Counted from the first letter of the stretch, positions 39,907 to 50,204 are shown. The stretch is DNA of 64,000 nt from an uncultured bacterium (GCA_965369655.1 CBDUQR010000005.1:1-64000); one strand, 5' to 3'. The notes: a model not told the origin generated them from the sequence alone. A program made the numbers and translations.

Positions 39907-41154
39907 ATGCAACTCATCCGGAACTTTGCAATCGCGCTGACGATAGTGTTTGTCTTTGTATCACCCGTCTTCTCTAATATCAATGCTGACCCTAATCCAA
40001 ACGAGGCTCCTGCGTTTGATGATGATACCAGAATTTCTTATCAGGTCCTGGAGGGCGAGAATCTGAACTTCCAGGTGGCGGCTGTCGATCCTGACGGCAC
40101 GACGCCGACGTTGACTGGCGAGTTATTGCCGCCAAACGCAACATTCGTGGACAACGGTGACGGTACAGGCACATTCGATTTCACTCCTGATATTGGGACA
40201 GAGGGTACTATCTACAATGTCAGACTCATCGCCTCTGATGGTAGTCTTGCCGACACCATAACCGTCAGGGTTTCAGTTGTCATTGATACTGACGTTAGGG
40301 ATACGCTCAGGCTCGAGCTTCCCGGCGACTGGGTCATCACAACACCCGATGACAGTTCGTATAGTGTTGAAGTATGGGCTTGGACTGATGACACAATCAT
40401 CACCGGGTTGACGATCCCCCTCAGGTTGACAATGTCAGGCCCGCATTACACTCCGGAGAAATTCGATTCCCTGGTTGTGGTGGATAAGTTTGTAAAAGAC
40501 GCTGGTTTCAATCCCATGACGATTAATTTCAGGAGAAGTGTCCTGAAGAACGACGTATCCTATCCAGCCAGTGACACGGACGAGGATTATGGGTTCGTTG
40601 GCGCGGTGGTCTCGCCGTTGAACATTGGGACATCAACCGTGCTCAATATCGGTTCGCCGACACTAATGGGCGAGTTGATTCTTAAGATCCGCCATCCTGA
40701 CCAATTGCCGCAGAATTTCACGATTGAAATTGATTCAGTGATCTATCCACCGTTTAGCACTCTGAAGTTCTCTCCCCTCGATAGATTTGGTTTTCCTCCA
40801 TATTTCCAGAAAGTGACAATCCCGGTCAGTAATGTCCCTCTGGACGCGGAAGAGGATCTCGGCGAGATCAAGCCTGAGTCATACAGGCTCAATCAGAACA
40901 CTCCGAATCCGTTCAACCCTTCGACGACAATCAGCTTCTATAACGAAGCGAAAGGGCATGTCAATCTGGCTATCTATAACCTGCTTGGTCAGAGGGTCAA
41001 GACGCTCATCGACTGGGAGATGGCGTCTGGACCGCAAGATGTGCTGTGGGATGGTACCGACAATAGCGGCGAGAACGTTTCGAGCGGTATTTATTTCTAC
41101 AGGCTTTCTGCCGGAGACTTCCACGATATCAAGAAGATGATGCTTCTGAAGTAA
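39907..41154 (+). CDS. Secreted paralog with a cadherin/Ig-like domain, a cohesin-like domain and a FlgD-Ig/T9SS-like tail
   Basis: NEAP...EGENLNFQVAAVDPDG...FVDNGDGTGTFDFTP...ASDG. Shares the IDSV..PP..KFSP domain and the tail with the upstream gene. Confidence 0.8.
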   Translation: MQLIRNFAIALTIVFVFVSPVFSNINADPNPNEAPAFDDDTRISYQVLEGENLNFQVAAVDPDGTTPTLTGELLPPNATFVDNGDGTGTFDFTPDIGTEGTIYNVRLIASDGSLADTITVRVSVVIDTDVRDTLRLELPGDWVITTPDDSSYSVEVWAWTDDTIITGLTIPLRLTMSGPHYTPEKFDSLVVVDKFVKDAGFNPMTINFRRSVLKNDVSYPASDTDEDYGFVGAVVSPLNIGTSTVLNIGSPTLMGELILKIRHPDQLPQNFTIEIDSVIYPPFSTLKFSPLDRFGFPPYFQKVTIPVSNVPLDAEEDLGEIKPESYRLNQNTPNPFNPSTTISFYNEAKGHVNLAIYNLLGQRVKTLIDWEMASGPQDVLWDGTDNSGENVSSGIYFYRLSAGDFHDIKKMMLLK

Positions 41155-41220
41155 TCATCGTAGTGATACACGATTCAAGCCCCTTCCGTACGGAGGGGGC
41201 TTTTGTATGCCGCCATGGCG
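40861..41220 (+). repeat. Near-identical repeat, copy 2
   Basis: Matches 39384-39743. Confidence 0.9.
41177..41204 (+). terminator. Rho-independent terminator
   Basis: AAGCCCCTTCCG-TA-CGGAGGGGGCTTTT. Confidence 0.85.
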
Positions 41221-41420
41221 CAACATGTCATATTGGCAGCGTGTGGTTTGCGTGACGCTGCTGAGTTGGATGTCTATGGCTGAGACTCTAACTTGTGCTG
41301 TGTCAATGGGTTATAGCGCAGAATGCAGGCAAATACGCGAAATATGTTGACTTCTGTTCAGTTATTCAGTAAGTTCTTTTGTTATTCTGAATGGGTTGAT
41401 TTGTCTATAATAGACTATAT

Positions 41421-43616
41421 ATGATATCTTTCACAGACAGCAGGTTCATCATCGGCAAAGAAGAGTTCGCTCCGTACGCTGCCGAGATGCACTATTTCCG
41501 GATTCCAAAGAGATACTGGTCGATCTGTTTCGAGCGGATCAGGCGCGCCGGCTTCCGGATTATATCTACGGTAGTGCCATGGAATCTCCATGAGGATGAC
41601 AACCGGGAATTCGACTTCTCCGGGTTTACTGATCCTTCCAAGGATCTCATTGTTTTTGTGGAGCTTGTCAGGGAATTCGGCTTCAAGCTGATCCTGAGGC
41701 CGGGACCGTGGCTGTTCTCGGAGTACAATGGAAACGGGCTTCCCCGCTTCCTCGAGAAGTATCCTGAGATATTTGCGCGGGACAAAGACGGCAAACTCGT
41801 CCGTTCTGTCAACCGGGCCGACGTTCCGGCCTGCTATGTTCCATCGATTGGGCATCCACGCTACCTGAATTTCATCAGGCATTATCTGAACGGACTAACG
41901 GAGATCGTCAAGAATTACGTCTATCCGCGCGGACCACTTTTCATGCTCGAACTCGATTCCGAGAACTATTTCGGCAAGCATCTGGAGCCGCATCTGACGG
42001 ACTACAACGAGCATGTCGTCAAAGAGGTGTATCCGAGGTGGCTGGAAGAGAAGTACCAGGAGATTAAGCACTTGAACAAGGCCTATTCTTCCAGGTACAA
42101 GAGCTTTGGCGAGGTGGAGCCACCGATGGAATTCGTCGACGTACCTCCGAAGGATATGGCCATAGTCTACGATTGGTTCAGGTTCAAGGAGTTTCTTCTC
42201 GACGATTTCCAGACGGAACTTCGCGAAATGTACAAGACGTTCTCGTGCGAGCCTATGTTTATCAAGACACTCTCCTTTTCCAACAATTTCCAGTCGCCGG
42301 TCACAAGTTCCCGTGCTCCATCCGAGAGCGGTTTTCTCGGCGCATCGCTTAGCTGGGATATAAGCACCGGCGAAAATCTCGAAAGAGTCAGGCACTTGAG
42401 AACGGTTTCTGCATTTCCATACTTATCGGAGTTGCCGGTAGGCAACTGGAGCTACAGCCCCGAACGGAGCAAAGAGTACTACCCAATTGGTGCGGACGCT
42501 ACTCGCTACATGGTCACTGTCGCTCTTGCGGGAGGTGTCAAGGGTATGACGTACCATATGCTCGCCGGAAGAGACTACTGGTATGGCGCGGCTCTTGCAT
42601 CCGATGGCACTATCCAGGAGTCGTATGAGCTCATAAAGACTCTCAATATAAGCGCGCAGGAGAACGAGATATACTCGTTCGAGCCGGTCGGTGAAATCGG
42701 GCTTGTGACATACAGGCCCTACACCTGGGAGTCGATCCTCGAAGAGAACGGCAAGCAGAAATCCCCGACTCACCATCTTATGAGCACCACCATGCCCGGG
42801 ATCGGTCGTGACCTCGATATGTTGAAGTTCGATTATGGCGTGCCTGACCTAAGCGTTCCGGCGAGTGTCGAGAAGTTCAAGACGCTCATAATTCCGATTT
42901 CCGATGTGATGGACGAGAATGAGCAGAAATTCATCGTTGAGCTCGCCAGGAAAGGCCACAATATCGTCCTGATCGGAGTGTTACCGCAGTTCGATACGGC
43001 TCGGCAGAGTTGCACCATCCTCGCATCCGCTCTCAGGTGCAAGATGACCTCTGATCTGAGCCTTGGTCAGGTGACTGGCGAGGGTCAGGAGTTCACATCG
43101 ATGTTGTTCGGTACGCTTCGGACGACCGAGAAGAGGAAACGGATACTCGCGAAGGTGTCGCAGAAGGTTGTGGCTTTGTCGTACTCGAAATTCAAGGGGG
43201 ATGTTATTCTGATTTCGTTTGATCCGTCATCGGAATCGAATCACCACAAGATGATTTTCCTCGAGAGTATCCTGCTGAGTTTCAAGATCAGGAGATATGT
43301 CGAGACTTCGAATCCGCGCATAAGAGCGATTGTTCATCGCAGAGAAAATGATGTGCTATTGCTGCTGCTGAACTCGAACCCGTCCCTGCAGTTCAAGGAC
43401 GAAACTCCCGCGCCGACAAAGACCGCCGTGAGACTCGATCTGAAGGCTCTCGGTCTGAAGAGCGCCCGGATCAGGATGACCGAGTTGTTCAGCGGCGAAG
43501 TCATCGATACGACCGCAACGCAGCTTGCCAACGGTATTCCTATCACCATGACCCATCTGGATGGACGCGCCTACCTGATCTCGAAAAAACGGCCTGTACA
43601 GGCTGCGGATTCCTGA
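41421..43616 (+). CDS. GH35/GH42-like glycoside hydrolase (beta-galactosidase or exo-beta-glucosaminidase-like), no signal peptide
   Basis: EMHYFRIP, VPWNLHE, LILRPGPW..SE..GNGLP, GGP-like motif, candidate catalytic DSE and SE. Confidence 0.8.
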   Translation: MISFTDSRFIIGKEEFAPYAAEMHYFRIPKRYWSICFERIRRAGFRIISTVVPWNLHEDDNREFDFSGFTDPSKDLIVFVELVREFGFKLILRPGPWLFSEYNGNGLPRFLEKYPEIFARDKDGKLVRSVNRADVPACYVPSIGHPRYLNFIRHYLNGLTEIVKNYVYPRGPLFMLELDSENYFGKHLEPHLTDYNEHVVKEVYPRWLEEKYQEIKHLNKAYSSRYKSFGEVEPPMEFVDVPPKDMAIVYDWFRFKEFLLDDFQTELREMYKTFSCEPMFIKTLSFSNNFQSPVTSSRAPSESGFLGASLSWDISTGENLERVRHLRTVSAFPYLSELPVGNWSYSPERSKEYYPIGADATRYMVTVALAGGVKGMTYHMLAGRDYWYGAALASDGTIQESYELIKTLNISAQENEIYSFEPVGEIGLVTYRPYTWESILEENGKQKSPTHHLMSTTMPGIGRDLDMLKFDYGVPDLSVPASVEKFKTLIIPISDVMDENEQKFIVELARKGHNIVLIGVLPQFDTARQSCTILASALRCKMTSDLSLGQVTGEGQEFTSMLFGTLRTTEKRKRILAKVSQKVVALSYSKFKGDVILISFDPSSESNHHKMIFLESILLSFKIRRYVETSNPRIRAIVHRRENDVLLLLLNSNPSLQFKDETPAPTKTAVRLDLKALGLKSARIRMTELFSGEVIDTTATQLANGIPITMTHLDGRAYLISKKRPVQAADS

Positions 43617-43734
43617 TTCCAGGGGCGAATCTTCTTCTCTGTTGAAGAGGTAGAAGCGATCTGTCCGGTCTGGAACATCGAACAGTCTTCCCCCGTATAC
43701 TGATATGAGTTGTCGCGAACTGTCATGATTTTGC

Positions 43735-43762
43735 TTGACATGGTTTGCGTTATAGGTATATT
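43735..43762 (+). promoter_or_regulatory. Putative sigma70 promoter of htrA
   Basis: TTGACA-N16-TATATT. Confidence 0.6.
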
Positions 43763-43792
43763 GCTGGTCTGTCGAGGATGGAGGTGAATCAC

Positions 43793-45328
43793 TTGCGTGC
43801 GTTTGGCGGTGTCACCCTGCGGGGGCATTTTTTCGCTGTAATTGCTGTTTCTGCTGCCATTTTTACCGGTGTGGGCTTTCTGATCGCGTTTGGCGTGGGT
43901 GGACATAACAGCGCTACAGCCTATGATCCGGACCTCCAGAATCAGCTTGCTTCCGGCGGGGGCTTCTCCAGACCTTTAACGGAGACCGGCGAGAGTCCAT
44001 TTGTCGCTGTTGTCGAAAAGTCCTACTCGGCGGTGGTCAATATAACCTCGACTCGCAGGTTCAGGACTCGATATCATGATATGTATGACGATTTCTGGCG
44101 GAGGTTTTTCAGGCTCCCTCCGAGGGAACAGGTGATCCCTTCGTTCGGTTCTGGTTTTCTGGTCAGTGAGGATGGCTACATAGTTACGAACAACCATGTG
44201 GTCGAAGGCAGCGAGGATATTACTGTGACGCTCGCCGACAACACCCCGCACAGGGCTCTGCTGGTCGGAACGGATCCCGCTACCGACCTGGCGGTGTTGA
44301 AGATAGATGGAGTCAGTGATTTGAATTATATTCAGTTCGGCAGTTCCGATGGCATGAAGGTCGGCGACTGGGTCGTGGCGATAGGCAATCCTTTTCCGAC
44401 ACTGGGGCTCGACAGGTCTGTGACCGTAGGCGTGGTCTCTGGGAAGGGGAGGTCCCGACTGATGCTGGGTGAAGAGACGCCGCTCTACCAGGATTATATC
44501 CAGACCGATGCCTCTATCAATCCAGGCAACTCCGGCGGGCCGCTCCTCAATCTGAGAGGAGAAGTCATCGGGGTCAATTCGGCGATAGCTTCCCCGAGCG
44601 GTGGATCGGTCGGAATCGGATTCGCCATCCCGTCAGACCTTGCAGAGCAGATAACTTCAGAAATCATTTCCCAAGGTAAGGTGACAAGAGGCTATCTCGG
44701 AGTTGTCCCGCGTGATGTGCTTCCGGACGAAGCCGAGATGGTTGGGCTCGATAAGTTGGCTGGTGTCTATATCGCTGAAGTCAGCGCAGGATCACCGGCC
44801 GAGAAAGCTGGAGTGTTGCCTGACGATGTCATAATCTCCTTCAACGGAGAGGAACTGAGGGGCGAGCAGGATTTCAGGATTAAGGTTGCCTCCGAGCAGG
44901 AGGGCGATCAGGTCAGACTTGGTCTGATAAGGAGGGGAGAGCGCATCGATGTGAATGTGGTCCTCGGCGATCGCGAATCCGGTCTTGCAATAATCGATGC
45001 TCCCGGCAATCATCCGAACCGAGAATCGAGTGTTTCGGAGGAGTGGCTCGGAATTAGGGTAGCTAAGAGTACGCCGGAGCTTGCGTACCGGTACGGTGTC
45101 TATTTTCATGAAGGCGCGCTCGTGACCGACGTGAAATCGGGTTCGCCGGCTGATATCAAGGGGATTGTGCCGGGCACCATAATAGTTGAGATCAACTACG
45201 TATCAATTTCAAGCAAGGATGATTTCGACGCCGTCGCCGCGGAACTTAAAAGGCGAAAGCGGGCGATAGCGTTCCACATTTTCGACACCAATGGACGTAT
45301 CGGATACGTGGCAATAAAACCGAATTAA
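43793..45328 (+). CDS. htrA: HtrA/DegP serine endoprotease with two PDZ domains
   Basis: GSGF, TNNHVV, TDLAVLK, QTDASINPGNSGGPL. Start taken as TTG after GGAGGTG. Confidence 0.94.
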   Translation: MRAFGGVTLRGHFFAVIAVSAAIFTGVGFLIAFGVGGHNSATAYDPDLQNQLASGGGFSRPLTETGESPFVAVVEKSYSAVVNITSTRRFRTRYHDMYDDFWRRFFRLPPREQVIPSFGSGFLVSEDGYIVTNNHVVEGSEDITVTLADNTPHRALLVGTDPATDLAVLKIDGVSDLNYIQFGSSDGMKVGDWVVAIGNPFPTLGLDRSVTVGVVSGKGRSRLMLGEETPLYQDYIQTDASINPGNSGGPLLNLRGEVIGVNSAIASPSGGSVGIGFAIPSDLAEQITSEIISQGKVTRGYLGVVPRDVLPDEAEMVGLDKLAGVYIAEVSAGSPAEKAGVLPDDVIISFNGEELRGEQDFRIKVASEQEGDQVRLGLIRRGERIDVNVVLGDRESGLAIIDAPGNHPNRESSVSEEWLGIRVAKSTPELAYRYGVYFHEGALVTDVKSGSPADIKGIVPGTIIVEINYVSISSKDDFDAVAAELKRRKRAIAFHIFDTNGRIGYVAIKPN

Positions 45329-45383
45329 ATCAGTAGTTCACTTTTTCTTATGTTAACCTCAAACCGGGAGGGTGGCCAAGTAA

Positions 45384-46238
45384 TTGCCAAGGCAGTCAAG
45401 GAAATATCGAGACGAAGATAGATCATTGGATCTCTATCTTCGTGAAATCGGTGAGACTCCGTTGCTGAAGCAACACGAGGAGGTGAGTTTGGCTCTCCGC
45501 ATCCACGAGGGTGATCAGGACGCACTTGAGGCGCTGACCAAAGCTAACCTCAGGTTCGTGGTTTCGGTGGCCAAGCAGTACCAGAACCAGGGCTTGTCGC
45601 TGGGTGATTTGATCAATGAAGGTAACATTGGACTTATCAAGGCCGGCAAGCGATTCGACGAGACCCGCGGGTTCAAATTCATCTCGTATGCGGTCTGGTG
45701 GATCAGACAGGCTATACTTCAGGCTTTGGCGGAGCAATCGAGAATCGTTCGGCTTCCGTTGAATCGTGTCGGGACTCTGCACAAAATAGGAAAAGCGTCC
45801 AGCTCGCTGGAGCAGGTATTTGGCAGAGCACCATCATCCGACGAGATCGCGGAAAAACTCGAACTGTCAGCGGCAGAGGTCTCGGATACCTTGAAGATAT
45901 CCAACACTCACCTGTCGCTCGACGCACCGTTCTCGTCATCGGAAGACAACAGTCTCATCGATGTACTCGAAGACGAATTCCAGCCTGCCCCTGACGAGGC
46001 GCTTCTTCAGCATTCGCTCAGATTCGAGATCGAGAAAGCGCTGGAGACGCTCACGCCTCGGGAAGCGGAAGTGATCAATCTGTATTTTGGCCTTAGTCAT
46101 GCAAAGGCATTAACACTTGAAGAGATTGGCGCCCGCTTTTCATTGACTCGCGAAAGAGTCAGGCAGATAAAGGAAAAGGCCATCAGAAGGCTCAGGCACG
46201 CATCGAGATCGCGTTCCCTCAGGGCGTATCTGAGTTGA
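45384..46238 (+). CDS. Sigma70 factor, RpoD/RpoS-like, lacking region 1.1
   Basis: [50 protein letters not shown]. Confidence 0.95.
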   Translation: MPRQSRKYRDEDRSLDLYLREIGETPLLKQHEEVSLALRIHEGDQDALEALTKANLRFVVSVAKQYQNQGLSLGDLINEGNIGLIKAGKRFDETRGFKFISYAVWWIRQAILQALAEQSRIVRLPLNRVGTLHKIGKASSSLEQVFGRAPSSDEIAEKLELSAAEVSDTLKISNTHLSLDAPFSSSEDNSLIDVLEDEFQPAPDEALLQHSLRFEIEKALETLTPREAEVINLYFGLSHAKALTLEEIGARFSLTRERVRQIKEKAIRRLRHASRSRSLRAYLS

Positions 46239-46259
46239 TGATGGTTGCTACGACATAAC

Positions 46260-46291
46260 AAAAGGGAAGGCCTCAGGGCCTTCCCTTTTTC
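46260..46291. terminator. Bidirectional terminator
   Basis: AAAAGGGAAGGCC-TCAG-GGCCTTCCCTTTT. Confidence 0.9.
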
Positions 46292-46311
46292 ATTCGGATG
46301 ATTCTGAACTA

Positions 46312-47169
46312 CTATCTAACGCGCACATCGACCGATCCGAGCCCGACATTAAGCGTTAGTTCGAGGTGCCACCTGGCGCTGTCCCAATTCTCCGATTCAT
46401 ACACCCCTCGCTCGATTTGAACGAAATCCTTCTCAGGGATGTCAATCGAGGACAGGAAACTATCCTCGGCGTAGATTCTGACGCCGATATGTTCTGGCAC
46501 GATGATGTCCATAGAACCGAGCCCGATAGATATTTCCGCCTCAGCGTCGAACTCGAACTTTCCCGAGAAATCGATGTCGTATGAACCGACTCCGCCGTCG
46601 AACTCGAGCTCCCTGAAATTCGCGTTACCGAGGTCGTCGATTGTCACAGAGGACGCGCCCGCGTCGATCAATATCTTCTCAAGCTCGCAGCCGTTGGGTT
46701 CATCGAAACCGATGTGACATTCCGCGGCGCCGATGTCCAGATCGAGCCTGCCTATCCGCATTCCTCCGAGGTCCATGGTACAGTTGGCTGCTCCGATATC
46801 GACTTTCAGATTGATCGGGACTTTGTCGGTGAATTCGAAGCTCCAGTTGTTCTCACGGTCGCCCGATCCGCGCCACATCTTTTTCCTGCCGGAGATATCG
46901 AAAAACATGTCGCCGATCTGCCGTCTCTTCCTGTAATCGAAGTCGAATTCGAATAGATCATCGTCGTACTCTCCCTCAACGACGACCGCGAATTGGGATT
47001 TGCCTTTCGACAGTGTCAATTCGCCAATGCCGAAATCGATCTCGACTACGATCTGTTTCTCATCGGTCAACTCAATCTCCCTGCGGTCGACGACGGTGTC
47101 TGCAAGACAAATCGAGGCAACCCCGATCGCAAGAGTGATTGCGCTTAGTAACAGTCGTAATTGATGCAT
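46312..47169 (-). CDS. Secreted toast-rack / LiaF-like beta-helix protein
   Basis: Signal peptide and repeated x(D/G)GxGx beta-solenoid motifs (FGIGEL, IGAA, GGVGS, IGLGS). Confidence 0.7.
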   Translation of the reverse strand: MHQLRLLLSAITLAIGVASICLADTVVDRREIELTDEKQIVVEIDFGIGELTLSKGKSQFAVVVEGEYDDDLFEFDFDYRKRRQIGDMFFDISGRKKMWRGSGDRENNWSFEFTDKVPINLKVDIGAANCTMDLGGMRIGRLDLDIGAAECHIGFDEPNGCELEKILIDAGASSVTIDDLGNANFRELEFDGGVGSYDIDFSGKFEFDAEAEISIGLGSMDIIVPEHIGVRIYAEDSFLSSIDIPEKDFVQIERGVYESENWDSARWHLELTLNVGLGSVDVRVR

Positions 47170-47179
47170 ATTATACCCC

Positions 47180-48535
47180 TTATGTAGTGTCAGGAGTTAT
47201 TGCAGCTTCATTCCCATCGGTCCGAGGCGCCTTGCCGTCCGTATCCGCGCCGTCGATTGCGCTATCGATATCCCTGGGTATGGAGCCGAACCTGGAAAAC
47301 CAGATCGCCCCGATTCCTGCGGTGAAGAATATCGCTATCACTGCGACTCCAAATCCGAATGCAACGCCTGAGAGTGGACCGACTCCAACGGTGGAGAAGA
47401 AACCGGATACCAGCCAAAGAACCATCATGGCGACGATTCCAATCAGCGCAGTGAGGTAGATTGAATCTGTTCTGAGGCTGTCCATCAGCCGTCCGGCAAG
47501 CCGGCCTGCGTAACATGCTGCTCCGACAAACGCAAGAACGAATGCCGCAATCAGCACGAACGGATAGATCAGGATAGCTACAGGCAAACCTATTATGGTA
47601 ATGCACAGCAGTACGAAGAATGGACCGATGGATAAGATCATGAGCAGTCCGACAAAGAAACTCTTGACGAACCCGCTCTTCATTTGCAGGTGGATTCTAC
47701 TGATCGGTTTCTTGAACAAGAGCAGGAGGATCAGGGAAATTGCCATCATGTACCCGGTGATAATGAACCATGTGAAAAGCCCGGGTAATCCCACCAGCAT
47801 CATGCGGCGCAGGTCGGGAAAAATCGTAATATCTACTTCCTCGAACCCACCGTCGAGTTCGGCGCCCGGTTTCTTCTTAAGGTGTCTGGCGATCACTTTG
47901 CCCGTAACGACAGCGTCGGGACCAAGCGTCACCGTGCCGGTGGAGAACAAGTCGCCGTTGACGAATCCATCGACGAATATGTCGCCCTGGATTGCCACGA
48001 TGTCGCCGTCGACTTCGTCATCGAAGTCGATATAAACATCTCCAAATTCCACGATTGCTTCATCACCTTTGCCGATCCCTCTGAGTCGATCTCGGATTTC
48101 ATCAAGCCTTTCTTCGCCGCGATCACCCCTGAATGATCGCGAGGGTTCCCTGAACAGGAATTCCTCGCCCGATTCATCAGTAGCGCGGATGCCGTCGCCA
48201 TCTATCCGAATTTCGATGAATTTTTTTCCAAGGATACCGTACTCGTCGAGAAAATCTTCGTAGCCGCCACGCGCATGCTCGTATTCGTCGCGCAGGCGTT
48301 CCGCCTTCTCGATGTATTTGCGGGCGGTACGCTTGTTCTCTTCGACCATCGATTCAACCTCTTCGAGGTACTCGTCCGTCGCTTCGTCGATGATCCTGGC
48401 CGCGTCCAACTCGTCGAGAGGGATGAGAGTGTCCAACTCCGCGTCCGGAGGTTCGGGAGGTGCGGGAGGTGCGGCTCCCGCAGGGATCGTCAGAAGACAC
48501 GCAAGGATAAGACATGTGGACAAGTGCTTGATCAA
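47180..48535 (-). CDS. Membrane protein with bactofilin/polymer-forming-like repeats and a C-terminal multi-TM domain
   Basis: VDGDIVAIQGDIFVDGFVNGD repeats, LCITIIGLP, about five TM helices. Confidence 0.7.
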   Translation of the reverse strand: MIKHLSTCLILACLLTIPAGAAPPAPPEPPDAELDTLIPLDELDAARIIDEATDEYLEEVESMVEENKRTARKYIEKAERLRDEYEHARGGYEDFLDEYGILGKKFIEIRIDGDGIRATDESGEEFLFREPSRSFRGDRGEERLDEIRDRLRGIGKGDEAIVEFGDVYIDFDDEVDGDIVAIQGDIFVDGFVNGDLFSTGTVTLGPDAVVTGKVIARHLKKKPGAELDGGFEEVDITIFPDLRRMMLVGLPGLFTWFIITGYMMAISLILLLLFKKPISRIHLQMKSGFVKSFFVGLLMILSIGPFFVLLCITIIGLPVAILIYPFVLIAAFVLAFVGAACYAGRLAGRLMDSLRTDSIYLTALIGIVAMMVLWLVSGFFSTVGVGPLSGVAFGFGVAVIAIFFTAGIGAIWFSRFGSIPRDIDSAIDGADTDGKAPRTDGNEAAITPDTT

Positions 48536-48545
48536 TTCGATACCC

Positions 48546-49610
48546 TCAGAACTCGCTGACTGTTATGTCTCCGCTTGTGCTCGACAGCTCGATGCGCGGG
48601 CCGCCGAAGCCTATCTCGCCAGCAAGCTGTCTCCTGGAGACTGATTTCACCCTGACCGGCACGGATGTGTCGACTTCGCCAGAAACTGATTCTATCCGAA
48701 CCCGGCCGTCAGATCCAACCGGTATGGAAAAGATGATCGATCCGGATGTTGTCTGGACTGCGTACCGGCTGCCGCTGTTGAGTTGCGTGTTGATATGCAC
48801 ATCGCCTGAGTGTGAGTCTATCAGGAGCGAACCTTTCTCCTGAGAGACTTCGATATTGCCGGATGTGGATGAGAGCTTGATGTTCCCTGCCACGTCGATC
48901 AATTTCGTGTGCCCCGAAGTCTTGCTGATCTCGATATTACCGGTAATGCCGTAAATCTCTGTCTCTCCCGATGTCGACCTGATCGATATATTGCCGTTGA
49001 TGTTCTCGATAAGCGCGTCGGAGGATGTGGATCGAAGATCGATTCGCCCGTCGATACCGGCCAGCTTGACATCTCCCGATGTCGTCGAGACGCTGACATC
49101 AGCTATGCAGTCGCTGATCTGCGCATCGCCCGATGTCACAGAGATGTCTATCCGACCTCTCAGGTCTGTGATCAGTATCGATCCGGAGGTAGTGGATACA
49201 GACAGGCGCACATCGGTCGGTACTTTGATATAGTAATTGACATAGCCGAAGCTGTCCTTGCGCAGATCGAGAATCTTTTCCCAGAACGAATCACCCGTGT
49301 TCCATTTCGGGTAGTGCGTTTCGATTTCAACACGATTCCTGTCGGCGTCTACCGCGATTTCGAGTTCGCTGTCGAGCCTCTCAGCCTTGCTTTTGCTTCC
49401 GGCGCTGATTTTCTTCTCGGCATCTATGACCAGAGCGTCCGTATCAGACCTTTCTATCGATATCAGGCCTGCGGTGTTTGTTACGTGGAGCTTGAAATCT
49501 TTGTTCACCTTTAGTTCATGGTAGGTCCTGAATGTGTAGACATCCGCCGAAGCAACGCTTCCGAGCAGCAGAATTGTGGCTGCTATCAGGATTACTGTGG
49601 CTGTTCTCAT
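48546..49610 (-). CDS. DUF4097 (putative adhesin) beta-strand repeat protein
   Basis: Signal peptide and many (S/T)TSG(D/N/S)(I/V) repeats. Confidence 0.85.
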   Translation of the reverse strand: MRTATVILIAATILLLGSVASADVYTFRTYHELKVNKDFKLHVTNTAGLISIERSDTDALVIDAEKKISAGSKSKAERLDSELEIAVDADRNRVEIETHYPKWNTGDSFWEKILDLRKDSFGYVNYYIKVPTDVRLSVSTTSGSILITDLRGRIDISVTSGDAQISDCIADVSVSTTSGDVKLAGIDGRIDLRSTSSDALIENINGNISIRSTSGETEIYGITGNIEISKTSGHTKLIDVAGNIKLSSTSGNIEVSQEKGSLLIDSHSGDVHINTQLNSGSRYAVQTTSGSIIFSIPVGSDGRVRIESVSGEVDTSVPVRVKSVSRRQLAGEIGFGGPRIELSSTSGDITVSEF

Positions 49611-49619
49611 GGCTTTCTC

Positions 49620-50204
49620 CTATCGAATCGACTTGAGCTTTTTTTTCAGCAGCTCGCGAGCCCTGAATATCCTGGCCTTAACCGTGCCAACGGGGGTCTT
49701 CAGAATACCTGCGATCTCCTCATAAGACTTATCGTCCTTGTGACGATAGACAATCACCTCCCTGTACTTGTCCGGGAGCGATTCGATAGCTTCGTCGATC
49801 GATCTGAGTTTCTGCTTGCGAACTAAGTCCTTCTCCGGATCCCATGTGCTGTCCGGCAATTCGATCTCTACCTGCCCGTCTTTTGTCTCGATCGGCCTGT
49901 CGAGTGACAGGGCTTCGATTCGCTTCTTGCGCACAAAGTCTATTGCGCAATTTGCTGCAATCTTGTAGAGCCATGTCGAAAACTTGTACTCCGATCTGTA
50001 GGAGGCGAGCGCGTTGAAGGCCTTCATGAAGGTCTCCTGGACCAGGTCCTGCGCTTCCTCCTTGTTGCGGACTATCTTCGTGACTACATGGAAGATAGCC
50101 TTTCGGTGCCTGACCAGCAGCAGTTCATACGCTTTTTGGTCGCCTGTCAGCGCCCTGGTGATCAACTGCTCATCAGGAACCTGTTTATCTAATCCTTCTG
50201 CCAT
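49620..50204 (-). CDS. ECF sigma factor (SigW/RpoE-like)
   Basis: AQDLVQETFMKA, FSTWLYKIAAN, SYEEIA...PVGTVKARIFRAR. Confidence 0.95.
   Translation of the reverse strand: MAEGLDKQVPDEQLITRALTGDQKAYELLLVRHRKAIFHVVTKIVRNKEEAQDLVQETFMKAFNALASYRSEYKFSTWLYKIAANCAIDFVRKKRIEALSLDRPIETKDGQVEIELPDSTWDPEKDLVRKQKLRSIDEAIESLPDKYREVIVYRHKDDKSYEEIAGILKTPVGTVKARIFRARELLKKKLKSIR

Noticed and set aside
39384..41220. Diversity-generating retroelement TR/VR pair
   Set aside because: Differences between the copies are mostly synonymous and not adenine-specific, both copies are coding, and there is no reverse transcriptase in the window.
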